DNA of 64,000 nucleotides from an uncultured Bacteroidales bacterium. Lineage in GTDB: Bacteria; Bacteroidota; Bacteroidia; Bacteroidales; VadinHA17. The stretch covers positions 386,254 through 450,253 of the forward strand of contig CAVTSB010000001.1 of NCBI GenBank assembly GCA_963737255.1, written 5' to 3'. Under the pieces are notes generated by a model. The model did not search any database. It worked only from the letters and a program-made list of their open reading frames with translations, and had not been told where the DNA came from. Positions 30,440-39,402 of the stretch are shown here, one piece after another. How positions within the stretch are numbered: the first letter of the stretch is position 1; every line of letters starts with the position of its first letter. Position numbers and translations under genes: made by a program.

Positions 30440-31714
30440 TTATAAAGGCTGCTCCAATATTGCTGCCACCTTCTTAACAAGGTTTTTCCTGCTGTAAATT
30501 TCGGGTGATGAATTTTCGATTATTTCCGACCTGGAAACCAGGTTTGCGAGATATTCAGCAATTCCATCTGAATCTGAATATTCAAATGTCTTCCCGTGTC
30601 CGCATTCATCTATTATCCCTGCTGCATCCCCGTCAACCGGCCCTATGCATATTACAGGCTTCCCGGAAGCCAGGTACTCAAACAGCTTTCCCGTGATAAT
30701 GCTTCTGCTGCTCTGATGATCAGGTATAATGAGCAGCAATACCGAAGAATCCATAAGGTGTTTCAATGCTGAATTGTGACCTGTATACGGGATGAACTCT
30801 GCATTCGAACCACCCGCCGCCTTTAAGATTTTCCCCCTCTGTACCGGTGAGACCATCCCGGCAAATTTCAGCCTGAAATCTGTTCCTTTTTCCTTCAAAA
30901 TACCGAGCGCATTCAGAAATCCTTCAACAGGATATGAATCGGAAAGAGTCCCGATATATGAGATTGTAAATATTTCAGGAGTGGAGGAAGTCAGTCCCGT
31001 GAAATCTTCAGGGTCATATCCGTTGGTAATGACATCGACACTTTCGGGATTCCTGTTGAACTTTGATATAAACAATTTCCTCAATGAATTACCTACAGTT
31101 ATGATCCGGTCAGCAGATTCCAGCACCGCTTTTTCATACTTAATATCGATCCGTCTTGAGAGCAAGGTCGGATGGAAATGGTTGTAATAATAAATATCAG
31201 TCCAGGGATCACGCAGGTCGGCTGTCCATTTTAAGCCGGGATATTTCTTCTTCAGTTTCAGACCGATAAGCTGTGTTGAATGCGGCGGGCTGGTAGTTAC
31301 TATATTGACAATGTTTTCAGCATCGATAATTTCACAGGCCTTTCTGAAGGCATGCCTGTTCCATCCTTTCCTGGGATCGGGAATGAAAAAGTTGCCTCTG
31401 ATAAATTTTGTCAGCCAGCCGGAGAGACCTCTTTTTTCATCAACTGCAAATCCCGCCGTGGGGATCCTTGATTTATCACTGCTGTAAAACCTGAAATAGT
31501 CTGTTGCTCTGGTTTTAAAGACTTTTAAGCCGGCCGGGATTTCGTTTTCAAGCGAATTATCAATAGCAGGATAGGTTGCAAATTCCGGATCAACTGTGAG
31601 AATGACCGGTTCCCAGCCGGTTTGGGGAAGGTACTTTGAAAATTTCAGCCATCTCTGAACTCCCGCACCCGAACCAGGGGGCCAGTAGTAGGTGATTATG
31701 AGTACCTTTTTCAT
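30440..31714 (-). CDS. Glycosyltransferase family 4 (GT-B)
   Basis: ITYYWPPGSGAGVQRWLKF, FFIPDPRKGW, TSPPHS, DLRDPW and GKLFEYLASGKP. Confidence 0.9.
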   Translation of the reverse strand: MKKVLIITYYWPPGSGAGVQRWLKFSKYLPQTGWEPVILTVDPEFATYPAIDNSLENEIPAGLKVFKTRATDYFRFYSSDKSRIPTAGFAVDEKRGLSGWLTKFIRGNFFIPDPRKGWNRHAFRKACEIIDAENIVNIVTTSPPHSTQLIGLKLKKKYPGLKWTADLRDPWTDIYYYNHFHPTLLSRRIDIKYEKAVLESADRIITVGNSLRKLFISKFNRNPESVDVITNGYDPEDFTGLTSSTPEIFTISYIGTLSDSYPVEGFLNALGILKEKGTDFRLKFAGMVSPVQRGKILKAAGGSNAEFIPYTGHNSALKHLMDSSVLLLIIPDHQSSRSIITGKLFEYLASGKPVICIGPVDGDAAGIIDECGHGKTFEYSDSDGIAEYLANLVSRSEIIENSSPEIYSRKNLVKKVAAILEQPL

Positions 31715-31715
31715 C

Positions 31716-33266
31716 CTATGGCATTTTCAGGAGTGTACCGATATTTACTTTCTCTGCTATTGTTTCCTTAAGGCCTGAAATGCTCACGCGTTCCTGAAGC
31801 ATTGAATCCCTGTATCTGATAGTTACAGTTAGATCTTCAAGCGTCTGATGATCAATTGTAATGCAGTATGGTGTGCCGATCGCATCCTGCCGTCGGTACC
31901 GCCTTCCGATAGAGTCCTTGTCGTCGTACTGGCAATTGAATACAAACTTCAGGTCATGAACGATTTTTTCCGCGATATCGGGAAGTCCGTCCTTTTTGAC
32001 GAGAGGCATTACTGCAAGCTTGACAGGTGCAAGGAATGATGGTAATCGGAGAACGACCCTTGAATCGAGGCTGCCATCCTCCTTTTTGATCTCTTCTTCG
32101 GCATATGCCGCTGAAATCACCTGAAGGAACATCCTGTCGACACCTATTGATGTCTCAATTACGAACGGGATGTATGATTCACCTTTCTCGGGATCGAAAT
32201 ATTGCATCTTTTTCCCGCTGTATTGCTGATGCTGCTTCAGATCATAATCAGTCCTTGAATGGATACCCTCCACTTCCTTAAATCCAAACGGGAACCGGAA
32301 TTCAATATCAGTAGCTGCATTGGCATAATGGGCAAGCTTGGTATGATCGTGGAACCGGTAGTTCTCATCGCCGAAACCAAGGGCTTTATGCCACTTCATT
32401 CTTACTTCCTTCCAATGCCTGAACCAGTCAAGCTCCGAACCAGGCTGTACAAAGAACTGCATTTCCATCTGCTCAAATTCCCTCATCCTGAAAATGAACT
32501 GCCTGGCCACTATCTCATTCCTGAAAGCTTTCCCTATCTGTGCAATCCCGAACGGGACTTTCATTCTACCTGTCTTCTGAACATTAAGGAAGTTGACGAA
32601 TATTCCCTGCGCAGTTTCTGGACGAAGGTAGATTTTGCTCGAGCCTTCCAGGGTCGAGCCCATCTCGGTCGAGAACATAAGGTTGAATTGTCTCACTTCA
32701 GTCCAGTTGCGGCTTCCTGAAATGGGGCATACAATTTCATTGTCGATTATGATTTGCCTCAGTTCGGCAAGGTTCGTCTCGTTCATCGCTTTCGAAAACC
32801 GGGCATTCAACTCATCCAGCTTTGCCTGGTTAGCCATAACCCTGGGATTTGTTTCCCTGAACTTTTTCTCGTCAAAGGCAGCGCCAAATCTCTCTCCTGC
32901 CTTGTCAACTTCCTTTGTTATTTTATCCTCGATCTTTGCAATGTGTTCCTCGATAAGGACATCAGCCCTGTATCTTTTTTTTGAATCCTTGTTGTCAATA
33001 AGGGGATCATTGAACGCATCCACATGTCCCGATGCCTTCCAGATTGTCGGGTGCATGAATATTGCTGAGTCGAGCCCAACGATATTATCATTAAGAAGGA
33101 CCATACTGTCCCACCAGTACTTTTTAATGTTGTTCTTGAGTTCCACCCCGTACTGACCATAATCATATACGGCGCTTAATCCGTCATATATCTCGCTTGA
33201 CGGAAAGACATAACCATATTCCTTGCAATGAGCAACCAGCTTTTTAAAAACATCATCCTGAGCCAT
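31716..33266 (-). CDS. glyQS: Glycine--tRNA ligase (alpha2 type)
   Basis: VFPSSEIYDG..YDYG, RQFNLMF, YLRPETAQGIFVNF, FRNEI..FIFRMREFEQMEMQFF and SIGRRYRRQDAIGTP. Start placed at MAQDDVF. Confidence 0.97.
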   Translation of the reverse strand: MAQDDVFKKLVAHCKEYGYVFPSSEIYDGLSAVYDYGQYGVELKNNIKKYWWDSMVLLNDNIVGLDSAIFMHPTIWKASGHVDAFNDPLIDNKDSKKRYRADVLIEEHIAKIEDKITKEVDKAGERFGAAFDEKKFRETNPRVMANQAKLDELNARFSKAMNETNLAELRQIIIDNEIVCPISGSRNWTEVRQFNLMFSTEMGSTLEGSSKIYLRPETAQGIFVNFLNVQKTGRMKVPFGIAQIGKAFRNEIVARQFIFRMREFEQMEMQFFVQPGSELDWFRHWKEVRMKWHKALGFGDENYRFHDHTKLAHYANAATDIEFRFPFGFKEVEGIHSRTDYDLKQHQQYSGKKMQYFDPEKGESYIPFVIETSIGVDRMFLQVISAAYAEEEIKKEDGSLDSRVVLRLPSFLAPVKLAVMPLVKKDGLPDIAEKIVHDLKFVFNCQYDDKDSIGRRYRRQDAIGTPYCITIDHQTLEDLTVTIRYRDSMLQERVSISGLKETIAEKVNIGTLLKMP

Positions 33267-33294
33267 AGCCAATTTTAGTTTGTTTCGCGGAGAG

Positions 33295-33326
33295 CAAATG
33301 TAAGGGAAATTGTTTTGTTTTACAAA
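33295..33326 (-). promoter_or_regulatory. Bacteroidota sigma-A promoter (-33 TTTG / -7 TAnnTTTG) for glyQS
   Basis: Minus strand TTTG-N20-TACATTTG, with the canonical spacer, ending 28 nt before the ATG. Confidence 0.8.
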
Positions 33327-33440
33327 GAGGCTCAGGGCACAGGGAGGAAGAAGCACCCCTTCTCCCCTTCTCCTTCCTCGTTCCCTTCATTTCCTCAAAT
33401 CTATTTGTATCTTTAATGGCTCTAATCAACGGAGAATTTA

Positions 33441-35018
33441 ATGAGAAAAGATACCGATTTTCTTGTTATCGGATCAGGCATCGGCGGACTGATGTTTGCT
33501 CTGAAGGCAGCGGCATTCGGGAAGGTCTCTGTCATAACAAAATCGACACTTGACGATTCGAACACCCGGTATGCCCAGGGAGGCATTGCCGCAGTGTTCA
33601 GCGAACCCGATAATTTTGAAAAACATATAAAAGACACTCTTGTTGCCGGCGACGGTTTCTGCAATGAGGAAGTTGTGCGCCTCGTTGTCCATGAAGCGCC
33701 GGCCAGGATCAAGGACCTTATCGACCTCGGCGTTCCTTTCGACAAGAAGGAGGATGCCACCTACGACCTGGCAAGGGAAGGCGGTCACACTGAGAAGAGG
33801 ATACTTCACGCTAAGGACAGGACGGGGGAGGCCATCCAGCACACTTTGATTGAGAAGGTGAAAAGCACCCCCAATATTGAGATATTTGAGCAGCATTTTG
33901 CGATTGAACTTCTGACCCAGCATCACCTGGGCATCGAGGTTAAAAGGAATTACCCCGGTCTGGCCTGCTATGGCGCTTACGTGGCCGACCTGGTAAATCA
34001 GAAAGTGATCACTTTCCTGTCGAAGGTGACAGTTGTCGCTACCGGGGGCCTGGGGAATGTTTATCTTACAACTACCAATCCCGGCATAGCTACCGGCGAC
34101 GGTGTGGCGATGGTTTACAGGGCAAAGGGCACTATCGAGAACATGGAGTTCATCCAGTTCCATCCGACTGCCCTTTATGATCCGGAAATCAGACCTAATT
34201 TTCTTATCACCGAGGCCCTGCGGGGATACGGAGCTGTACTGAAAAACCTCGCCGGAGAAAAGTTCATGAAGCGGTACGACAACCGCGAATCGCTGGCCCC
34301 GAGGGATATTGTTGCCAGAGCTATCGACAACGAGATGAAGATGTGGGGTGACGACCACGTATGGCTCGACTGCACCCACCTTGAATCCGAAGGGCTGAAA
34401 GATCATTTTCCAAACGTTTATGAGCATTGCCTCCAGCGCGGGATCGACATAACAAAGGACATGATCCCGGTGGTTCCCGCTGCCCATTATTCATGCGGGG
34501 GAATCAAGGTCGACACCGACGGGCAAAGTTCGATCGACAGGCTGTATGCACTGGGTGAAGCTTCGTCGACCGGGTTGCATGGAGCCAACAGGCTTGCTTC
34601 AAACTCGCTTATCGAAGCCGCCGTTTACGCTCACAGGGCGGCAATGCACTCGGGTTTACGGATCGGCGATCTCGGGTACGAGGAAAAGATCCCTGACTGG
34701 GATTACAAGGGCACGACACATCTCGAGGAAATGGTGCTTATAACACAGAGTCTCAAGGAGGTGCAGATGATAATGAGCTCCTATGTCGGCATCGTCCGTT
34801 CGGATCTCCGTCTGCAGCGGGCCCTGACAAGGCTTGAAATACTCTACAACGAAACTGAAAGCCTTTATAAAAGATCGCTTGTTTCTAAAAAGATATGTGA
34901 ACTCCGCAACCTTATAAACACCGGTTATCTCATAATTAAGATGGCGACAGTCAGGAAGGAAAGCATCGGGCTTCATTACTCGATCGACTACCCTAAAAGA
35001 GCTGTAACCGAATTCTGA
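33441..35018 (+). CDS. nadB: L-aspartate oxidase
   Basis: VIGSGIGG, SNTRYAQGGIA, REGGH..RILH, EFIQFHPT, LITEALRG, LAPRDIVARAI, PAAHYSCGG and GLHGANRLASNSL. Confidence 0.97.
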   Translation: MRKDTDFLVIGSGIGGLMFALKAAAFGKVSVITKSTLDDSNTRYAQGGIAAVFSEPDNFEKHIKDTLVAGDGFCNEEVVRLVVHEAPARIKDLIDLGVPFDKKEDATYDLAREGGHTEKRILHAKDRTGEAIQHTLIEKVKSTPNIEIFEQHFAIELLTQHHLGIEVKRNYPGLACYGAYVADLVNQKVITFLSKVTVVATGGLGNVYLTTTNPGIATGDGVAMVYRAKGTIENMEFIQFHPTALYDPEIRPNFLITEALRGYGAVLKNLAGEKFMKRYDNRESLAPRDIVARAIDNEMKMWGDDHVWLDCTHLESEGLKDHFPNVYEHCLQRGIDITKDMIPVVPAAHYSCGGIKVDTDGQSSIDRLYALGEASSTGLHGANRLASNSLIEAAVYAHRAAMHSGLRIGDLGYEEKIPDWDYKGTTHLEEMVLITQSLKEVQMIMSSYVGIVRSDLRLQRALTRLEILYNETESLYKRSLVSKKICELRNLINTGYLIIKMATVRKESIGLHYSIDYPKRAVTEF

Positions 35019-35029
35019 ATTTTACCAAA

Positions 35030-36010
35030 ATGAATCATCTCGAATCATCATTTACAGGCAAAAATGCCGTCTGGAGATACATTGTTATGCTGGCAGCGGT
35101 TCTTGTTGCATCAAATACGATCGGTGCAATCCCGCTGGTTCTGGCCTATGGGATAAAGGCAGCATCAGACCCGGCGGTTATTCAGGGAATAGCGGATAAT
35201 CCAAACGACCTTAGCATCCTTGGACTTGATCCGAATCTCTCGCTGTCAATGATGCTCTTTCCCTTTTTCGCAGGGCTGCTCGCATTTATCTTTATAGTTA
35301 AGCCATTGAATCATAGAACCTTTAAGATGACCATCAACGGGACCGGTACAATAAGATGGAACAGGATCTTTATCTCAGGACTGGTATGGCTGATATTGTC
35401 AGCTCTCTATTTTTTCATTTACCTGAAAGCCGATCCTTTAAATTTTACCCTGAACAATACTTCGGCAACGCTGGTTACCCTTGTCATCGTTTCAATCATT
35501 CTGATCCCGTTCCAGGCGGCATTTGAAGAAACTCTTTTCAGGGGTTACCTGATGCAGGGTTTTACTGTTCTTGCCAGGAACAGATGGATCCCCCTGCTTA
35601 TGACTTCACTTTTATTCGGACTTATGCACTCGTTCAATCCTGAGGTTGAAGAATTTGGTTTCCTGACCATGATGCCCCAATATGTACTTTTCGGAATGAT
35701 TTTCGGAATTATAACGGTTGTTGACGACGGTATCGAAGCAGCAGTTGGAGCCCATGCCGCCAACAATATTTTCCTGTGCATTATGGTCACGCACGACTCT
35801 TCGGCTTTGCAAACAGCGGCCGTATATGAGCAGCAGAATGTTTATCCATGGACTGAACTGGCAGCCCTTTTAATAACAGGCATACTGTTCATTTTGATTC
35901 TCAAACGGATATTCAATTGGAAAAGCTTCCTGGTCCTGCTCGGCAGGGTTGAGGAAAAACAGGAACCGGATCAGACGCCATACACCGATGTCCTGTCCTC
36001 ACTCCGGTAA
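35030..36010 (+). CDS. CPBP (Abi/CAAX) family intramembrane metalloprotease
   Basis: EETLFRG, FGLMH and HAANN motifs, with multiple TM segments. Confidence 0.92.
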   Translation: MNHLESSFTGKNAVWRYIVMLAAVLVASNTIGAIPLVLAYGIKAASDPAVIQGIADNPNDLSILGLDPNLSLSMMLFPFFAGLLAFIFIVKPLNHRTFKMTINGTGTIRWNRIFISGLVWLILSALYFFIYLKADPLNFTLNNTSATLVTLVIVSIILIPFQAAFEETLFRGYLMQGFTVLARNRWIPLLMTSLLFGLMHSFNPEVEEFGFLTMMPQYVLFGMIFGIITVVDDGIEAAVGAHAANNIFLCIMVTHDSSALQTAAVYEQQNVYPWTELAALLITGILFILILKRIFNWKSFLVLLGRVEEKQEPDQTPYTDVLSSLR

Positions 36011-36984
36011 TCGCCCCATCTTTTCTTTATCTCATTGATAATAAGCCGTATCTCATCAACTTCCAAGGTTGTCAGGAGTTTGAGCCTTGTCTCTTTAAAA
36101 TCGGGCAAACCCTTGAAATAGTTTGACAGGTGCCTTCGCATCTCATAGATTGCCCTTTTTCCCTCCTTGTACTCAAGCGATTTGTCGAGGTGGAGCAGGG
36201 CAAGGTCGGCCTTTTCGGCAACTGCAGGTTCGGGAAGAAGCTCACCGGTACTGATATAGTGCCTGATGCTGCGGAAAATCCAGGGCCGGCCAACGGTGGC
36301 CCGTCCTATCATTATCCCGTCGACACCGTATTTCGTAAACATTTCCTTAGCCCTTAAAGGGCCGTCAATATCTCCGTTACCAATAATGGGGATCTTCATC
36401 CTCTGATTGTTTTTGACCTCCCCTATAAGCGTCCAGTCGGCGGACCCCCTGTAGAGTTGTGCCCTTGTCCTGCCATGAATGGTCAGGGCGCTTATGCCCG
36501 TATCCTGCAGCCTTTCTGCAATCTCTACGATATTTTTGCTATTCTCGTCCCATCCCAGCCTGGTTTTAACAGTTACCGGCAGCTTTACAGCCTTTACGAT
36601 TGCTTCGGTCATTCTGATCATCATGGGGATATCCCTGAGCATACCCGCACCTGCTCCCCTGTTGGCTATCTTCTTTACAGGACAGCCAAAATTGATGTCA
36701 ATAAGTTCAGGCTTTGATTCCTCTGCCATAAGGGCAGCTTCTGTCATGGCGTCGATGAGATGGCCGTAGAGCTGGATCCCGATGGGCCTTTCGAAATCAT
36801 AGATCTCTAGTTTTTTAAGGCTCTTAGTACCTTCACGGATGAGTCCGTCGGAAGAGATAAATTCGGTGTACATCAGATCGGCACCGTTCATCTTACATAT
36901 CATGCGGAACGAAGGATCTGTTATATCCTCCATCGGTGCAAGCAGCAGAGGATATTCCCCTGTTTGTATATTCCCTATTGTCAA
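35971..36984 (-). CDS. dusB: tRNA dihydrouridine synthase DusB
   Basis: LAPMEDIT, YTEF, IDINFGCP, VTVKTRLGW, TIHGRT, GNGDI and MIGRA..PWIF. TTG start. Confidence 0.95.
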   Translation of the reverse strand: MTIGNIQTGEYPLLLAPMEDITDPSFRMICKMNGADLMYTEFISSDGLIREGTKSLKKLEIYDFERPIGIQLYGHLIDAMTEAALMAEESKPELIDINFGCPVKKIANRGAGAGMLRDIPMMIRMTEAIVKAVKLPVTVKTRLGWDENSKNIVEIAERLQDTGISALTIHGRTRAQLYRGSADWTLIGEVKNNQRMKIPIIGNGDIDGPLRAKEMFTKYGVDGIMIGRATVGRPWIFRSIRHYISTGELLPEPAVAEKADLALLHLDKSLEYKEGKRAIYEMRRHLSNYFKGLPDFKETRLKLLTTLEVDEIRLIINEIKKRWGDYRSEDRTSVYGV

Positions 36985-36995
36985 ATTGATTTTCC

Positions 36996-37727
36996 TTACG
37001 GCCAGATGCTGCTTTGTGCTTCGGAGGAAGCAGGCTTGTTCAGCTCATTTTTTCTGTAGAAATAGACAATGCCATAGTTTTCACTTTCAGACATCCGCCT
37101 GTCTTCGGGAAGTGTGCTGTGTGTATTTTCGACCTCATTCCAGACCTGGATGATAATATCATCTGCTTCTTTTCTGAGTTCATAGTTTTTCTGAGTGTAG
37201 TCGAGTGTCCGCTTGGCAATAGTCTTTTGATATTGCCAGGCATCAAGGAAATTCTCATACCTGACTTTTACCACGGCTATTGTGGGATTTGTGATCGGAC
37301 AGCCTCCCTTTCTGATCCGGTATTCCTCACCCTCAATAATTCTCTTGCCCCAGCTTATCAGTTCATTCTCGGTATTTAATGAAGGGACAGTCGATTCGTT
37401 TGTTGCCAATCCATAGAATGCCCTTGATTCGGCTGGCAGATCACCCCTGAAAATGGCCATGTTCATCACCCTGACAAAATGCGTCAGATATAACCTGGCT
37501 TTTCTTAACGTTTCTGCGTAATCCTTACTTTTGTTATTCTGCGAGGCATATGATTGACGCTGTAACTGGATCATGTTTTCAAACCTCGGAAGGAAACTCT
37601 GAAGTCGGACAATTGTCTTTGGTGAAAAAGCCATCTGGCTGGGGGGAACATCCCTCCCTTTTTCAAGTGCAATTTTCATTGCTCTGATACGGGCCGCATC
37701 AGTATTAGGCAATCTTCTGTAGGGCAT
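36996..37727 (-). CDS. Hypothetical protein (helical, no recognised domain)
   Basis: 243-aa ORF with ATG start, 11 nt upstream of dusB. The N-terminus MPYRRLPNTD resembles a conserved Bacteroidales hypothetical family. Confidence 0.8.
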   Translation of the reverse strand: MPYRRLPNTDAARIRAMKIALEKGRDVPPSQMAFSPKTIVRLQSFLPRFENMIQLQRQSYASQNNKSKDYAETLRKARLYLTHFVRVMNMAIFRGDLPAESRAFYGLATNESTVPSLNTENELISWGKRIIEGEEYRIRKGGCPITNPTIAVVKVRYENFLDAWQYQKTIAKRTLDYTQKNYELRKEADDIIIQVWNEVENTHSTLPEDRRMSESENYGIVYFYRKNELNKPASSEAQSSIWP

Positions 37728-38016
37728 GTCGTCAGGTTGGTGTTAATAATGTGTTGATAACTTACGTGCGAATATAACAAACTTTTATTAACAAAAAATT
37801 CTATTCGCAAATTAATTTAACTGATAATTAAAACGTTCTGAAATCAAATTTATTGGATAGAGCTGTTAATAAAATCTGTCTGATTCTTTTACGGAATATA
37901 CACGCAATGGTTTCAGTAAATGAACTATTTTTTGAAATTATATGCCAGACTTTAGGATTACTCCACTGTGAATCGTATTTTAGTAGGAATATAAAATCAT
38001 TTTAAAAGTCAGGATA

Positions 38017-39402
38017 ATGTTTAAGAGCGAAGTTTATTCAAAAAGAAGGAGTGACCTGCATCGTATCATGAAATCGGGATTGGGCCTGTTTATCGGTAAT
38101 ATTGAAGCGCCGATGAATTACCCTGCAAATACATATCATTTCAGGCAGGACAGCGATTTTCTCTATTTTTTCGGGCTTGATCTCCCCGGATTCGCCGGTC
38201 TGATGGATTTTGATTCGGGCAAGAACTGGATCTTCGGGAATGATACTGACATGGACGATATTATCTGGATGGGTCCGCAACCATCGGTCAGGGATCTTGC
38301 TGCAAAATGCGGGGTAACAAATACGGCTCCTCTTTCAAAGCTTGAGGAAGCCATCGGCGATGCCATTTCCAAAAAGAGGAAAATTCACTTTCTTCCACCC
38401 TACAGGGGTGAAACAAAGATGACACTGGGACGAATCCTGAAAGAAAATCCCTGCCAGATGAAATCATCCGCTTCCACCGGTCTTATAAAGGCAGTCGTTT
38501 CGATGCGTTCAATAAAGGACCAGATCGAGACTGATGAAATTGAGAAGGCCCTCAGAATTGCGTATGACATGCACGTTACGGCAATGAAAATGTGCAAGCC
38601 CGGTGTCAGGGAGCAGGATATTTTCGCGGCCATCGAAGGCATCGCCCTTGCTCAGGGTGCCGGAACAGCCTTCCCTGCGATCCTTAGCATAAACGGTCAG
38701 ACCCTTCACAATCATTATCATGGCAATATTCTTCAAAAGGGGAGGATGATGGTAAATGATGCCGGAGCCGAAACGAACCTTCACTATTCATCCGATATTA
38801 CCCGTACAACGCCTGTTGGAGGGAAATTCAGCCAGAAGCAAAAAGATATATATGAAATTGTGCTTGAAGCAAATACCGATTGTATAAAAGCTGCCAGGCC
38901 GGGGATGTCAAACCGTGATCTTCATTTCAGGGCCTGCAAAATAATCGCCTCATCAATGAAAGATCTCGGATTGATGAAAGGTGACGTGGAAGAGGCCGTT
39001 GAGACCGGGGCACATGCTCTCTTTATGCCTCACGGACTCGGACATATGATGGGCCTCGATGTTCATGACATGGAAGCCCTCGGAGAAGATTATGTAGGAT
39101 ATAATGACGGGTTAAAACGGAGCGATCAGTTCGGACTTGCTTTTTTACGTTTTGCCCTTCCTTATAAGCCGGGTCATGTTTTTACAGTGGAGCCTGGCTG
39201 CTACTTCATTCCCGAACTTATCGACCAGTGGAAATCGGAAGGGAAACATAAGGAGTTCATCAACTACACCAAGGTGGATAAGTGGAGAGATTTCGGTGGT
39301 GTCCGCATTGAGGATAATGTGCTGATCACCGAAAAAGGACATAAGCTGCTCGGAAAACCAATACCTAAAACCATTGAGGCCGTAGAGGCTGTCTGTTACT
39401 GA
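38017..39402 (+). CDS. pepP: Xaa-Pro aminopeptidase (peptidase M24B)
   Basis: FRQDSDFLYF, LHNH, DAGAE..YSSDITRT, PHGLGH..GLDVHD, TVEPG and GVRIED. Confidence 0.93.
   Translation: MFKSEVYSKRRSDLHRIMKSGLGLFIGNIEAPMNYPANTYHFRQDSDFLYFFGLDLPGFAGLMDFDSGKNWIFGNDTDMDDIIWMGPQPSVRDLAAKCGVTNTAPLSKLEEAIGDAISKKRKIHFLPPYRGETKMTLGRILKENPCQMKSSASTGLIKAVVSMRSIKDQIETDEIEKALRIAYDMHVTAMKMCKPGVREQDIFAAIEGIALAQGAGTAFPAILSINGQTLHNHYHGNILQKGRMMVNDAGAETNLHYSSDITRTTPVGGKFSQKQKDIYEIVLEANTDCIKAARPGMSNRDLHFRACKIIASSMKDLGLMKGDVEEAVETGAHALFMPHGLGHMMGLDVHDMEALGEDYVGYNDGLKRSDQFGLAFLRFALPYKPGHVFTVEPGCYFIPELIDQWKSEGKHKEFINYTKVDKWRDFGGVRIEDNVLITEKGHKLLGKPIPKTIEAVEAVCY

Noticed and set aside
33474..34487. 337-aa antisense ORF within nadB
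   Set aside because: It lies fully opposite a well-supported gene and has no recognisable motifs, as expected from codon-bias shadowing.
35030..36010. Abortive-infection defence gene (Abi name)
   Set aside because: It is a CPBP intramembrane protease in a housekeeping context, with no defence-island features.
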